From Lama guanicoe (taxonomy: Eukaryota), in the NCBI GenBank assembly GCA_013239625.1, contig MU053629.1, positions 4,181,567 to 4,245,566 on the forward strand: a stretch of 64,000 nucleotides of DNA, read 5' to 3'. Numbering within the stretch: position 1 is the first letter of the stretch; every line of letters begins with the position of its first letter. Below, piece by piece: positions 48,701 to 60,945 of this stretch. The translations under genes and the position numbers were made by a program. Below the pieces are notes generated by a model. It was given only the letters and a program-made list of their open reading frames with translations. It was not told the origin of the DNA and did not search any database.

Positions 48701-49369
48701 TCCTGCCCATAGGCGTTCTTTGCTGTCTTAGGGGAAATTGCCCCCAATGAACCAGAACCTTTTGTTTAGATACAATAAGAAGTCTGTCCTCTTAGACCGA
48801 AAGGAATGCTAATTGTCTGCTTGACTGTCCCCAGGATCGCGATGCCCAGAATATACAGGACACCCAGTCTTTGTTCCCTGTTAGGTGGAAACGGCTTATG
48901 TAAGCTTGTAAAGCGTTGGTCCAGAAAGAAGCAGAGTGTTTGTGGGATGTTAGAGATCGGTGTCAAGCAAGTGCTGTGTTTTCTGCTTGCAAAGGTAGCG
49001 ATTGAACTTCATGGTCTTTAAACTAACTTTTTCTAGAAATGTGTCATTTTCCACCCCTCCCTTGCTTCCAGCTCCCCCTACCCCTTCTCCCGCCCCCAGT
49101 GGCTGCCCTGAAAGGTTTGAGGATGCTAAAGGCTTTGGGGGTGGGGGGAGGGTCTTTAAAAACAGGAGGAGAGTGGTACATGTGGGTAAGACTGAAATGC
49201 GGGAATGGTCCTTCCCCATCTCGTGTTGTATGGTATTTCATTTCAGTAGGGCCGGTTGTAAACTTGGAGCTTGAGTGAGCACTCCCAGAAGCTCTGCTTC
49301 TCAGTTTGAATGTCACAGAAGTGGCCCAGTTTATCCTTTACATGCTCTGTAGCTTGTGACATGGTTTTA

Positions 49370-49700
49370 TCTCTCTGGCCGGTGACTCATAATTAAGGAA
49401 GTCAAAACCGAGCAGTTAACACCAAACCTCCTGATTTGCCCTCTTCACCCCCCACCCCCCCAGCTCCGCTAGTCACGAATGCCCATCTGACATGTTCTCG
49501 AAGTGTTTCAGAAACTTTGATTTGTTTTGACAAAAGGGCATCCTGTCATTGTCATCGTCATCGCCTGGTTCCACTAGTCGAACCCCAAAGGTCTATGAGA
49601 AGCTTCTCCCCCAAAAAAGAAGACAGAAAAATCCCACCCCCAAATGTGCAGTCTGCCCACAGGAAGTGATTCACTGATTCACGGGGCTCAATTCACGCAA
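49370..49700. promoter_or_regulatory. Candidate AP-1/ETS intronic enhancer
   Basis: TGACTCA 49383-49389 abutting TAATTA and AGGAAGT. A second ETS/AP-1-like cluster, CAGGAAGTGATTCACTGATTCA, at 49660-49681. Confidence 0.55.
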
Positions 49701-51294
49701 ACCTGATGGGGCAGGAGGGGGGAGGCTGGGAACTGGGTCTGGGAAAAGACAGCCCCGGAGAGGATAACTCAGACCTTAATGGTTTCTGCTGTGTGAAGGA
49801 AAGTGAAAAACAGAATGACTAAGAGTCCTGTAATCAGAATTGTTTGTTTAGTGAAGTGAGCTAATATTGAAGTTCACTGGCAGATAAGACAAGAAATAGC
49901 AGTTGTCAGGGGAGGTGACTTTTCAGAGCCCTGCCTTTTTATTTTTTAGGAGATCAAAGACATTTCTCAGTCTGAAAGCGTTTATTAGTGGAAGGCTGAG
50001 AGCTGTATTTCAAGCCCCAGTTTTCTCTTCGGCAGGAAAAAAAAAAAAGGAGTCTAAAGCCGAGATAATTATCTAAGAGTCTCCTAAAGCCCTTCTTTTC
50101 TCTTTTAACTTTTCCCTCCTCCCAAGTTAGACGTTTGCAGCTAGTGGATATCTTTCCCTCACTGCTTGTGGAGTGTCAGGTTGTCCGAGAAGGAATCCTT
50201 CCTTCCTGCAGGCTTCTGTCCTCTGGGCTTCAGCCTGACATTTTGTTTCCTTTTCCCCCAAACTGAAAATACACAAATTAATCCGTTTCCCTGAAGCAGT
50301 TGGGAGACAGAGAGCCTCTAAGTGTTGGCCCTGTGAACAGCCCTGCTGCGGAGCGGGCCGTAGGGGGCCAGGATCCCCCCCGCCCCCTGCAGAATGAGCA
50401 GAGGTACCTAAACACACCTGGATTCATGGCTCCATTTCAAAGTCTCCTATATTTTATGAGGTGAGCTTTTAGGGGTGGGGGTTGTAAAAAAAAAAAAAAG
50501 AAAAAGAAAAATGCTGAGCTGAAGCGTGCTTTTTGCCTTAAGCCCATCAGAACATTCACAAGGGCTGTGTGTATCCTGAATGTTTTGTGAGTGATCTCTT
50601 TAAAAATAAATACATGATCCGCAGGCTTAATGCCATTCCGCCGTTCACTGGCGGAGCGATATGGCCATCCAGAAAGTTCTGTGAAGCCTGGCAACTGCTC
50701 TTCCCCCTTGTCCCCGTAACCAGAGACCAACCCAGACCTCTGTAGCATCTTCCGTTTTTGATGGGAAACCTCTGTGGTCCTGCTGACACTCGAGAAAAAG
50801 CAATCCTCGTCAAGTTGGTGCTTGGAGAAAGAACAAGTTTCCGAAAACCAAAGCTGTGAAGCAGAAAGATTTCAGATGGATCATTCCCTTTCCTCCTGTT
50901 CCTCTTCCTTGTCGCCCTCTTCCTCCTCAAGATGTAACTGCCTTCTTTGCATGGGTGGGGGTGGGGAGGGAGGGTACCAGGACCCAGGAGCCCAGGGAGA
51001 AGCTCTGGTGCTGACAGAGTGCCCACCGCGCTTTGCAGCCACCGGAGCCGGGCTAGGGGTGCAGCACCCAGGTTCAGGGCAGGGTGCCGCTTCCGACTTG
51101 TTCTGGGCAACTTTGGGCAAGTCGCTCAACATCACGTGAGCCTTTCACCCCGAAACTGAAGGCGAGGATACCCGCCGCACGGTATCCCTGCATCCAGCGA
51201 GATGAGTGAGAAGTGCCGGGTGAACGCCTGCGCCGGGGTGTCGGTGGCTCCCGTTTGCCTGACTGTTCCCATGCCCCAAGCATTTCCTTAGCCC

Positions 51295-51530
51295 ACAGGT
51301 TCCCAGGGGGCCTAGGGCAGTGACTTTGCGTCCTAGAGGACCTTGGGCAGCATCTGGAGACAGCTTTGGCTGTCGCAGCTGGGCGTGGGGGTGTTACTGG
51401 CATCCAGCGGATTCAGACCAGGGATGCTGCTGAACACCCTGCGATGCACAGACAGCACCTCCTCCCTCCCCCCACCCCAAAGCAGGATTATCTGTCCCCA
51501 GGTGTCAGGGAAGCTGAGGGTGAGAAATGG
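51295..51530. mobile_element. MER20 (hAT-Charlie) DNA transposon
   Basis: ggcagcatctggagacagctttggctgtcgcagctgg...tactggcatccagcgg...ccagggatgctgctgaacaccct...gctgagggtgagaaa. Confidence 0.85.
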
Positions 51531-53141
51531 GGCGGGGAGGGGGCTCCCCTTACTCATAGCTCGATGTTGAAAGATTCTTGGTGTACATGTGATTTACAGA
51601 TGATTATATTAAGCTGAACTTCCTCCAGATCAGCCCCCTTCTTTTCTAGAAGGTACACGCTCTGTGCACATCCCTGGCCCCTTGGGAGGTGGGGAGCCCC
51701 GGAGTCCAGAAGCCATGTTTCCCGGGGAACCCAGCTCCCTTTGGAGGGCAGGGTGGGGTGATCTTTGGCTTCTTCTTTTGGGGGTCTGCCCAGGCAGCGC
51801 CGGTGACCTCTGGGGCTCACACTCGGGCCCCATCTGCTTGGAGCACTTGTCATGGACCTGAGCCGACTGCTCTGGAAAGCTCAGGGGAAGGGGAGACCTT
51901 CTGCAGTGGCGGGGAGTGCGGGCCAGCTACTGCTCCGGAGCACAGCACCGGGGGCTTCACGTGGCACTTCATCCGTGTTCCCCTGGGTTGGCAGCCGGAC
52001 GTGCCCGGACGTAATCCGTTTGCAAGTTCAGATGGGAATTGAGCTGTTCTTGGTTCAGTGGTTCAGTGACTGGTATCAAGGGTTGTGAAATCCTGTTTTC
52101 AGCTCCTCACAGGCCAGTCTAAACTGGAACATTAAAAAACGTGCTTAGCACACTTACAGAACTTGCTGAGGACACTTAAGAAACTGGACAAGAGCATGAG
52201 GTCACTGTGGGGGGAGCTTACAATGAAACCCCAGTTATCCGGAACCCCCCACCCCAACCCCAGACTCCTGCTTTGTGGCACCAAATGACAAGAACAGGCT
52301 GATGTTGGAAATGTCACTGTCTGTTTAAACTCCAGCAAACAAAAAAAACTTTGAAAGGGTCGGGGCAATAGTGTATTTCACGTACAGCTCAATTTCTTTT
52401 TGTTTGGTACTGTTTATTTTAATATAACTTCAAACCTCAGAAAGTTGCAGTGATGGGACAGGATTTAATATAGACATCCTTCACCCAGCGTCACCCATTG
52501 CTCAGTCCCATTTTTAAAAAAACACCCACCCTGAGGAGTGAGATCTTTGGGCAACTTAAGATTCAGTCCCATAAGGACAAAACTGTTGTACTGTACTCAG
52601 CTTAGCGAGGGGGGAGTGTGGGCTCACATGTGTGCTCCAGACTTCACCGGCGCTGAGGCCTGGCTCCAGTGGAACAGCAGCTGGGAAGGCCACCTTCTTG
52701 CTCTGCGATCGTTTGCCGAGTGACCTTGAAGTGCTGTCAGTCTGTTTTCCCAACCACAGGAGGAAGAGATTGGACAAGATGCTCTCATGGTCCTCAGGTC
52801 CCAGCTGTCTGTAGTCCTCCAGAGGGGGTTTCAGGCAGACACTTAGCCAGAGCTTAGCTGGCCAGGACACTTTGTTCCGTGAATGTTAGGCCTTTGTGGT
52901 TTGTCACCTGCAGCCCTGAGACTCAGCACGTGACCCCCCGCGGGCGGTACTTCTGCTCAGAGCAAAGGATGCTTTGGTTCTGGCTGTGTTTTACTGAAGG
53001 GAGGGGATCCTGGTTGAACCCCACCAAATCCAGGGGCCCCCTTGGCAGGAGTGTTTTCTGGGCTTTCATATTTGCTTGTCTATCAAACAGTTGTCCTGGG
53101 CATAGAAGAGATAAAGGCACATTCTGATGACTCTGTCTCTC

Positions 53142-53268
53142 TTTTTTTTTTTAAGGGTGAAGATAATTAGGTTTTCTTAAAATTTATTTAGCTTTTAATG
53201 GAGGAACTGGGAACCCAGGACCTCCTGCATGCTAGGCCTGCGCCCCACCACTGAGCTGTACCCTCCCC
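53142..53268 (-). mobile_element. Vic-1-like tRNA-derived SINE with B-box deletion and long TSD
   Basis: The reverse complement reads GGGGAGGGTACAGCTCAGTGGTGGGGCGCAGGCCTAGCATGCAGGAGGTCCTGGGTTCCCAGTTCCTCC. The flanks share taaaggcacattctgat. Confidence 0.85.
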
Positions 53269-53666
53269 GCTAAAGGCACATTCTGATACTTGTGTCTTAA
53301 GGGGACGCAGAGTGGGCGATCTCAGCACAGACACTGTCACTCAAAAGCCAGGTGGCACCACTGAAACTATTACTACTTGGTGAGCAAGTCGAAAAAGAAA
53401 GCTTGCCTCTGAAAGAAGCTAGGAAGTTTAGTTTTGTGTGTGTGTGTTTTAAGTACAGTAGGTTTCAGCTGAAATTGAGTGCTTACAAACTTACTTTTTG
53501 TTCATTTCTTTAGCTCAAGTACCAGCACGGTACCTGGGATTTGGTAGCTGTTTGATGATGGATAAGACGTCAGTTTCCCTGGTAGGGATGCAGCTTGGGG
53601 TAGCAGTGTTTACCCCACCCTCTCATCCTCCATTTCTCAGCACTGGTCTGGGTTCAAAGTCTTTCC

Positions 53667-54300
53667 TTTTTATTATTGAAGTATTGTTGATTTGCCATGT
53701 TGTGTTACTTTCCGGTGTACAGCATAGTGACTCAGTTATACATATATATATATATATATTCTTTTTCATTATAGGTTATTATAAGGTACTGAATATAGTT
53801 CCCTGTGCTGTACAGTAGGACCCTGTTGTTTATTCTGTATATGGTTGTTCATATCTAATGCCAAGCTCTTGATTTATCCCTTCCCCCACTCCCCCCTTTG
53901 GTAACCATAAGTTTGTTTTCTATGTCTGTGGGTCTCTTTCTGTTTTGTAAATCAGTTCATTTGTGTCATTTTTTTTTAGATTCCACATATAAGAAATATC
54001 ATATGATAGTTGTCTTTCTCTGTCTGATTTTACTTAGTATGATAATCTCTGGGTCCTTCCATGTTGCTGCAAACGGCATGATTTTATTCCTTTTTTATGG
54101 CCGAGTAATATTCCATTGTAGGTAGATACCACATCTTCTTTATCCAGTCATCTATCGATGGACATTTAAGTTGCTTCCATGTCTTGACTATTGTAAAAGG
54201 TGCTGTTGTGAACATTGGGGTGCATGTATCTTTTTGAATTAGAGTTTTCTCTAGATTTATGCCCAGGAGTGGGATTGCCGGATCATATGGTAAGTCTGTT
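53667..54300 (-). mobile_element. Artiodactyl-type L1 3' end including the ORF2 terminus, inserted in a MIR
   Basis: ttgaagtattgttgattt...ggtgtacagcatagtgactcagttatacatata...ttagattccacatataag...catgttgctgcaaacggcatgatt...gcccaggagtgggattgccggatcatatggt. Confidence 0.9.
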
Positions 54301-56035
54301 TGGATTTGAGTTCTGGTTGTGCTCTTGTAGAAGTTACGTGACCTCGGGAGAGCCCCTTAAGTTCTCCGAGCTCGGTGAGGGTGGGATTTGCTAGGGTTGT
54401 GCCATTTTTCATCCTCACGTGGTAGCAGTGTGCCCGGCATGTAGTTCGTGCTGTGAACAGATCTCAGCGTGTTTCTGGAGCTTGCATGCTCTGCCTCCAG
54501 TCTTCTCTCCAACCCCCATATCCAAACCCACTAGTGTTTCACGTTGGCCCCTGGACGGCTGTGGGTCACAGATCACTGGTCCCAGGGATGTGAGTGGCGT
54601 GTGGGCCCCAGCCCTGCCTCTCCGCCCGGAGCACTGGCAGGCTCCACCACACCATCAGCTCTGGACTCTGGCATGTCCACATCCTTGGCTGCGGCTCCCA
54701 CCACCATTTTTGGGACACTTTATGGGTCCCACTTGGAGCCAATGGGAGGAAACCTAATTTCCTGCCACAGGAAATGGTTCGGCTGGTGAAGAATATATTT
54801 AAGGAATAAAACTTCTGTCAGAGGAGCCTGAGAGGGTTGTTGGAGAAAGGATTTTGGGGGTCTCTCGTCAGGAAGTCACTGGGTGTGGGACAGGATCTCA
54901 GTCATAAATGGGGAGGAGGCCCAAAGGCGGGCTCCTGGGACAGTGCCCTTCGCCCCAGCAGCTGGTCTTGGGCCCCGACAAGGAAGGGCTGGGTCAGGGA
55001 GAGAGGTGGCTCAAAAATAGACCCTTTTCTGCAGCCGAGCCTGTTTATGGTAACATCAGCTCAGAATTAAGACTTATTTATTGGATTTACTTAAACTGGG
55101 CCCGGTGCCCTGTAAGCCTGGGGAGGGTGTGTACCGGACACGTCGGTTAAATTAAATCCAGCAGCTCAGACTCCCAGTTCACTGTTCTTCCTTTGGTGAG
55201 CGTCAGTGTGTATTTGGAGTGGGACAGAGGGAGAAAGAAGGAACGCTACAAAGGCTGGCTCCGGGCAGCGTGGACTGGACCAAGAGGAGTAGTCAGCAGC
55301 GCACAAAAGGACGTGAATAAGATGCCCTCTTTGTCACGAGTTTGGGAACAGTGTGGCTGAGAAGCAGGGGCAGGGACCCAGTGACTTCTGCAGGGCACTG
55401 CTGAGCCAGGCTGGTGGTCACATGCCTGCCTCCCTGCCATCGCCATCGGGGCCTGGCCGGGCAGCCAGGAGAGGTGGCCTGGAGCTGCAGCCCAGGGGCA
55501 GACTGCTGAGTGATGATGCTAGGAGAGGAGCCTTGCCCCTCGGACCCTCGGATGCACCGGTGTCCAGTGAGGCAGGACCATTACAAGGCCTGCCTTGTTG
55601 CCTTACCACCCGGCTGCATCTCGGTGGGGCTGCTCTGAGACCAGGAGCACAGAGCCTTGTGAGAATCAGAAGCACCAGGCCACCTGAGGCCTCGCTGCGG
55701 CCGGGTGGCTAACGCAGAGGAGCGGCCTGGTGGTGTGAGCTCCTACTGTATACCTTGCTTTACCAGGCGTTGTCACAGTAACGGGGGCAGTAACAGCCCT
55801 CCATCAGTAAGGACAATGGATTGGTACCATTTATCGTGTCTGAGCTGAATGCCAAAGGCTTTCTGTGTAGAATGTCGTTTAGTCCTCCGAACGCTCCAGT
55901 GCAGGGACTTCTTTCAGATGAAAAATAATTATAAGACCAAGACGTGAAGCCATTGGATCAGGTTTACCCAGTTACTGACCACAGAGTCAGTACGTGAACC
56001 CAGGTTTATCCAAGTCCCCAAGGTCCTTGCCCCCC

Positions 56036-57345
56036 GCTTTTTTGAGTTGTGGTATAGTTGACATACAACAGATTGCACGCATTTAAACTGTACAGCTTGA
56101 TACATTTTGACCTATGTATACACCTGTGAAACTACCACTGCGATCCAGGTAGCAGACGTGGCGTTCACCCCGGGCTAAGCCCCCACTCCCATCCCTCCAC
56201 ACGCCCCAGCCCCAGGCTGCCACCGATGTGCTTGCTGTCACTGTGGGCACATCGCTCTGTTCCTTTCCTTTCAATTACTCTGTAATATCACGCAGACAGA
56301 ATCACACCTGGCTTCCTTCACTCAGCTTGATTGATTTTTAGATTCATCCCTGTCGGGTGTATCAGCAGTTCATCCTTTTCTGTTGCTGCGTAGTTGTCCT
56401 TCATCTGGGCTGCTTCAGAGTTGGGCCATCCGTTCACTTGTTGACACACACTGGGTCACCTCCAGTGTGGGGCCGTCATGAATACAGCTGGGCTGAACGT
56501 TCACACACGCGTCTCTGTGTAGACAGACAGATGCCTTCATTGCTCTTGGAGAGGCACCCAGGAGTGGACTGGGTGGATCGTAGGTTTGTGCTGTGAACTT
56601 TTAAGAGACTTCCAAACTGTTTTCCAAAGAGGTTGGGCCGTTTTACATTCCCACCAGCAACATACGAGGTTTTAGTTGCTCCGCATCCCTGCCAGCGCGT
56701 GGCACAGCCTTGTAAATAGCAGCCAAACTGTAACGACGTAGTGGTGTCTCGTTGTTGTAGTTTGCCCTTCTCGAATGACGAGTGACGTCCAGCATCCTTC
56801 CATGTGCTCGTCTCCCATCTCTCTGTCTTTTTGTGCAGTATCTGTTCTAATCGTTTACCTGTTCCGTTTTTTAATAGTTGGATTGTTTTCTTAATAGTGA
56901 GTTTTCAGAGTTCTTTATATATTCTGGAAATAGGTCTTTTATCAAATACACGCTTTTTATGAGTATTTTTCTCCCAGTTTGTGGCTTGTCTAATTCACTT
57001 TCAAAGACCAGAAGCTTAAGCGCTGACGAAGTCCAATTTATCAACTTTTTAAATAATGGAATTTGCTTCTGATGTGTTATCTCTGCCCATCCCAAGGTCA
57101 CAAAGATTCTTACGTTTTCTTCGAGAAGTCACAGTTTTAGGCTCTATTAAATTTTGCATAGGTGCAAAGTGTAGATTGAATTTCATTTCCTTGCGTATGG
57201 ATTTCCAGTTGTTTTCGCACCATTTGTTGAAAAGACGGTTCTTTCTCTACTAAATTATCTTTGAATCTTTGTCGAAAATCAGTTGTCCAGATACATGTGA
57301 CTATTTCTCGGCTCTTCTGTGAGGTTCCATTGATCTGTACCTTAT
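56036..57345 (-). mobile_element. L1M (L1MC-like) 3' UTR plus degenerate ORF2
   Basis: gtatagttgacatacaac...tttaaactgtacag; ccaaactgttttccaaagaggttg...ttttacattcccaccagcaa; caccatttgttgaaaagac...tttgtcgaaaatcagttg. Confidence 0.85.
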
Positions 57346-58057
57346 TATTGTACCACCCTCAATTTTGAAAAAAAATTTTTAAATTAAATTAAAAACTTTT
57401 TGAATCTAATTTTTAAATCAGCTTTTAAAATAACATCATTTACGTAGTAGTTAAAAAACTTAAGACATCCTTGGAAAACTCCTCTCTTGAATTTTTATAT
57501 TCTTTTTTATTTCCAAGAGTTTATTACAGATCTTTTCTTATGGGCTGGGCTGTCTAATTCCTCCACAGGACGGGTGGGGGCACAAGCCTGCCTGTCGTGG
57601 TCTGGGGACCCAGTGAGCAGGGGAGCGTTCACAAAATCCTGTTTCTAGCGCTTGCCTGCCCTTCATCCGCTGCTGTGCGCTGGTGGCCCCGTCCAGAGCC
57701 CGTGCAGGGAGCAAACCTCAGGGGAGGTCCTGCTGGTGGGGGTGCTCGGGGAAAGGAGCTGGGACCTGCCTGCCTCTTCTGTAGACTTTCAACCCATCCT
57801 CCTGTTTTCAGCCTCCTCCTGAGAAATGCATGGTGCCCCCAGTTCTTGAGTCTTCCCCGGGTTCTGAGGCCCAAATGGAATCACTGTTGGTGGCTTCCTC
57901 TGACTGGGCCTCTGTTTCAGCTCACGCCCCTCAGCTGAGTTTGTTCTTGTTCGCCATCTGCTTCCCACTTCTGTCTGCTCTCTCCTCGTTGTCTTGGGCG
58001 GGACAGCGGTAAATGCATCCATTCAGTTTGCTGTATTTGAGTGAAGGACTTTCTTAG

Positions 58058-58420
58058 CCTCTCCCTGCCTCCCTCCTTCCCCTCCCTCTCCTCACTCCCC
58101 CTCCTCCTTTCTCCCTCCTCTCCCTCCCCCTCCTCCCCCTCCCCTCCCCNNNNNNNNNNNNNNNNNNNNNNNNNNNNNNNNNNNNNNNNNNNNNNNNNNN
58201 NNNNNNNNNNNNNNNNNNNNNNNNNNNNNNNNNNNNNNNNNNNNNNNNNNNNNNCCTCTCCCCCATCCTTTTCTACCCTCCCCCATACTCTCTCCCCTTA
58301 GTCCCCTCTCCTTCCCCTCCTCCCCTCCCCCTTCCCTCCCTCTCTCTCCCACCCTCTTCTACCCTCCTCCTGGTATCCCTCCCCTTTACTCTCCTCCTTT
58401 CTCCCTGCTCCTTCCTCTCT
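58058..58420. repeat. Polypyrimidine (CT-rich) low-complexity tract containing an assembly gap (N 58150-58254)
   Basis: Almost pure C/T on both sides of 105 Ns. Confidence 0.95.
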
Positions 58421-60109
58421 GCCTGGAGCTTTCTCTGCCATAATTCTTCAGGTGGCCAGGACACAGAAAGGATTGGATAAGGAATCGAGACACTGAAGTC
58501 TCTCCCTGCTGATGTGACGGACCTTCTGCCCTCCTTCACCACCTCCTTGACTCCCTCCCGTCCCTCAGCTACCAAAGCCCGTAAGGGCCACTTTACGCCT
58601 AGATCTTGGCTCACTCACTGCAGCCTTTCCAAGCTTCATGTGTCCCACAGCGTTGCATTTCTGCCCCCTTCCTGCCCTTTGTCCCTTTGCACGTCCCCGG
58701 GTAGGTGTGGGGCCCAAGTCCATTCTGGGTCTCTGGCTCGGCTGTCCAGGACCCCAGGGTTTAGGAGGTTAGGGCTGTGTGTAAGCGCCCCTCCACATCA
58801 GGAGTGCTCAGAGCATCCCGTCTCTCACCTTCCCTCCGCAAGGCCCAGGCTCAGAGCGGGCTGAGGAGAACTTGGCCTCCCGCTCAGTTACTCGGGCTGA
58901 CTGTCCCCATGGAAGCGGGGAGCCTTCTCTTTTGTGTTGTCCATCACTGCCCATCCTCTTGCCCTGTGTTACTATTTTTTTTTTTAAGCAAGAGAGCTAC
59001 CTTCTTCCATCAGCCAGGCAGGGGGTGGGGGCTCCCCCCAACAGCCCCACTCCTCCCTCACCGCTGGCCCGAGCCTCTCTCCAGGGCCTCCCCCTACAGA
59101 GGCAGCTCCAGACGTTCAGCTGGACTCTTCTGGGCTTTTGTCAAACACTGAAGTGTGACCTCTGCCCCTTCCCTATTTATGGGCACCCGGTGGCTCTGCA
59201 AGAGAATGGGAACCACTGAGTCCCTCTGTGTCCCCACTTGTCCCTGCCCACTGTCCCTTTCTCTCGCCCCGTCGTCCAGGACCGGGTTTGGAGAGTGGCG
59301 TTGTGATGTGGAATAATAATGCGCCTTGGTGGGTACTTCACAAAGGACTTTCAAGAGGATACCAAGCTGCCTGAGGTCAGGGGTAGATGAGGGGAGAACG
59401 TTCCAATTTTATTGATGAGGTAACTGAGGGTCCCAGAGACCTGGGGACGTGCCCGGTGTCTCACAGCCAGAAGAGCCAAGCCTCTCATCTTGACCCCAGG
59501 TCTCGTGACTCCACATCTGGCCCTTCTCCTTCTGTATCTCAGGGGTGAGTCCCAGGCTGTCCTCTCTCTGCTAATGTTCTGCCTGCTAATTACTGTTGTG
59601 GGGCTGTCGGGGTTCCTCGGTCTGGGGCCCCGCGGCGGGGAGGTAATTACATCCTGTGAGCTGCCCTTAGTCAGCAGCTGCCCGTCCGTCCCTGTGCCCA
59701 AGCCCAGCCCTGACCTCTGTCTGTCTGTCCTTCCCCCTCCCCAGGCCGGTGGCTGGGAGACTGTGATTGGATCCTTGTTTCTCTTTGATTGGTGCTTCCG
59801 GTGCATCTGGTGAGCCCCCCCCCTCACAGGGTGTCCACAAATTCTGTTTATTCAGGAAAATGGGTGCCCGCACTCATATAGGGGCAGGGAGGGGGAGCTT
59901 ACACACGCCTCTCCGCCAACCCCACCTGGCTGTTGCAAAAGTCCTGCCCACGATCCTAGAATGGGCCTTCTTGTAGAAAGATCAGTGCTGCCATCAGGCA
60001 CCACTTTATTTATGAGCATCTGTCCCCCCAACTCTGACTCTCCAGCGCCCCTACCCACAATCTGCCTGTTCCCGTGGCCAGAACTATCGTGGAGCCTGTC
60101 TCTTTCACA

Positions 60110-60660
60110 CACAAACACACAGCCTGCTTAAACATCTCAGAGGCTTCCTATGGCTTTTAGAAAAAAGGCAGGGCCTCTTATCATGGTTTCTGAGACCCTG
60201 CAGCCTCACCCCTGCCTGCTACCCCAGCCTCCCTCCCCTCTGGTCGCTGTGGTCTTCATTCTGGTCTTCCCCCTTATCAAGTCTTCTACCTGTCACAGGG
60301 CCTTTGCACATGCTCTGCCCGCTACTTGGAATGGCCTCCTCCCACACCCCTTTGCCTGCTTAGTTCTTCCTCATCCTTTAGACTTTCCACTCAACCATCA
60401 CCTTTTCAGAGATGCCTGTCCTACCCTTTGGCAAAGCAAGGTCCCCAGCGTCACAAGCTCTTGCGGCTCCCTGTGCTTAGTTTGTAACTAACTAGTTTGT
60501 AGCTGTCCTGATTGCTTTATTATGTCGATCTTGCCCACGGAAGCTCCGTGGAAGCAGGGACCACTCTGTGGCCTGTTTCCCTGTGACATCTCTTGCCCTC
60601 ACCACTGTATCCCGGGGCCACCCAGAGTAGGAGCTCATAAAATGTTTGTTAGATGAAGGA
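60110..60660 (+). mobile_element. L2 LINE 3' fragment
   Basis: acagggcctttgcacatgctctgccc...tggaatgg; gaagctccgtggaagcagggacc; gtaggagctcataaaatgtttgttagatgaa. Confidence 0.8.
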
Positions 60661-60814
60661 TTCTGTGTGAACAGACCCTTCTCACCTGCCTAATCCCAGA
60701 CGTCACCCGAAATCTCATGTCTCCTCGGAAGCCCCCTGCCTCTCATCTTACTCTGGGCTGCCACTCGAGCTGCCCGGTTGTCACAGCCAGTGGCACTGTT
60801 CCCCCTTGCTAGTT

Positions 60815-60945
60815 GTGTGGACCACCAGGGGATTTTAGAAAGAAGAAGATTCTGATGGAGTGGGCTGGGGCCGGCCCTGAGGTTCTGCCTTTTGAACAAG
60901 CTTTGGTGGAGCCGTGCCACTGGTCCACCAGGGACCACACCTTGG
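60815..60945. mobile_element. MER5A-like fragment
   Basis: agattctgatggagtgggctgggg...cctgaggttctgccttttgaacaagct...gggaccacac. Confidence 0.55.

Noticed and set aside
15870..57345. Strong antisense bias of L1 fragments (about 6 of 7)
   Set aside because: A well-known general property of L1s in introns of transcribed genes; consistent with SMAD3 on + but not novel.
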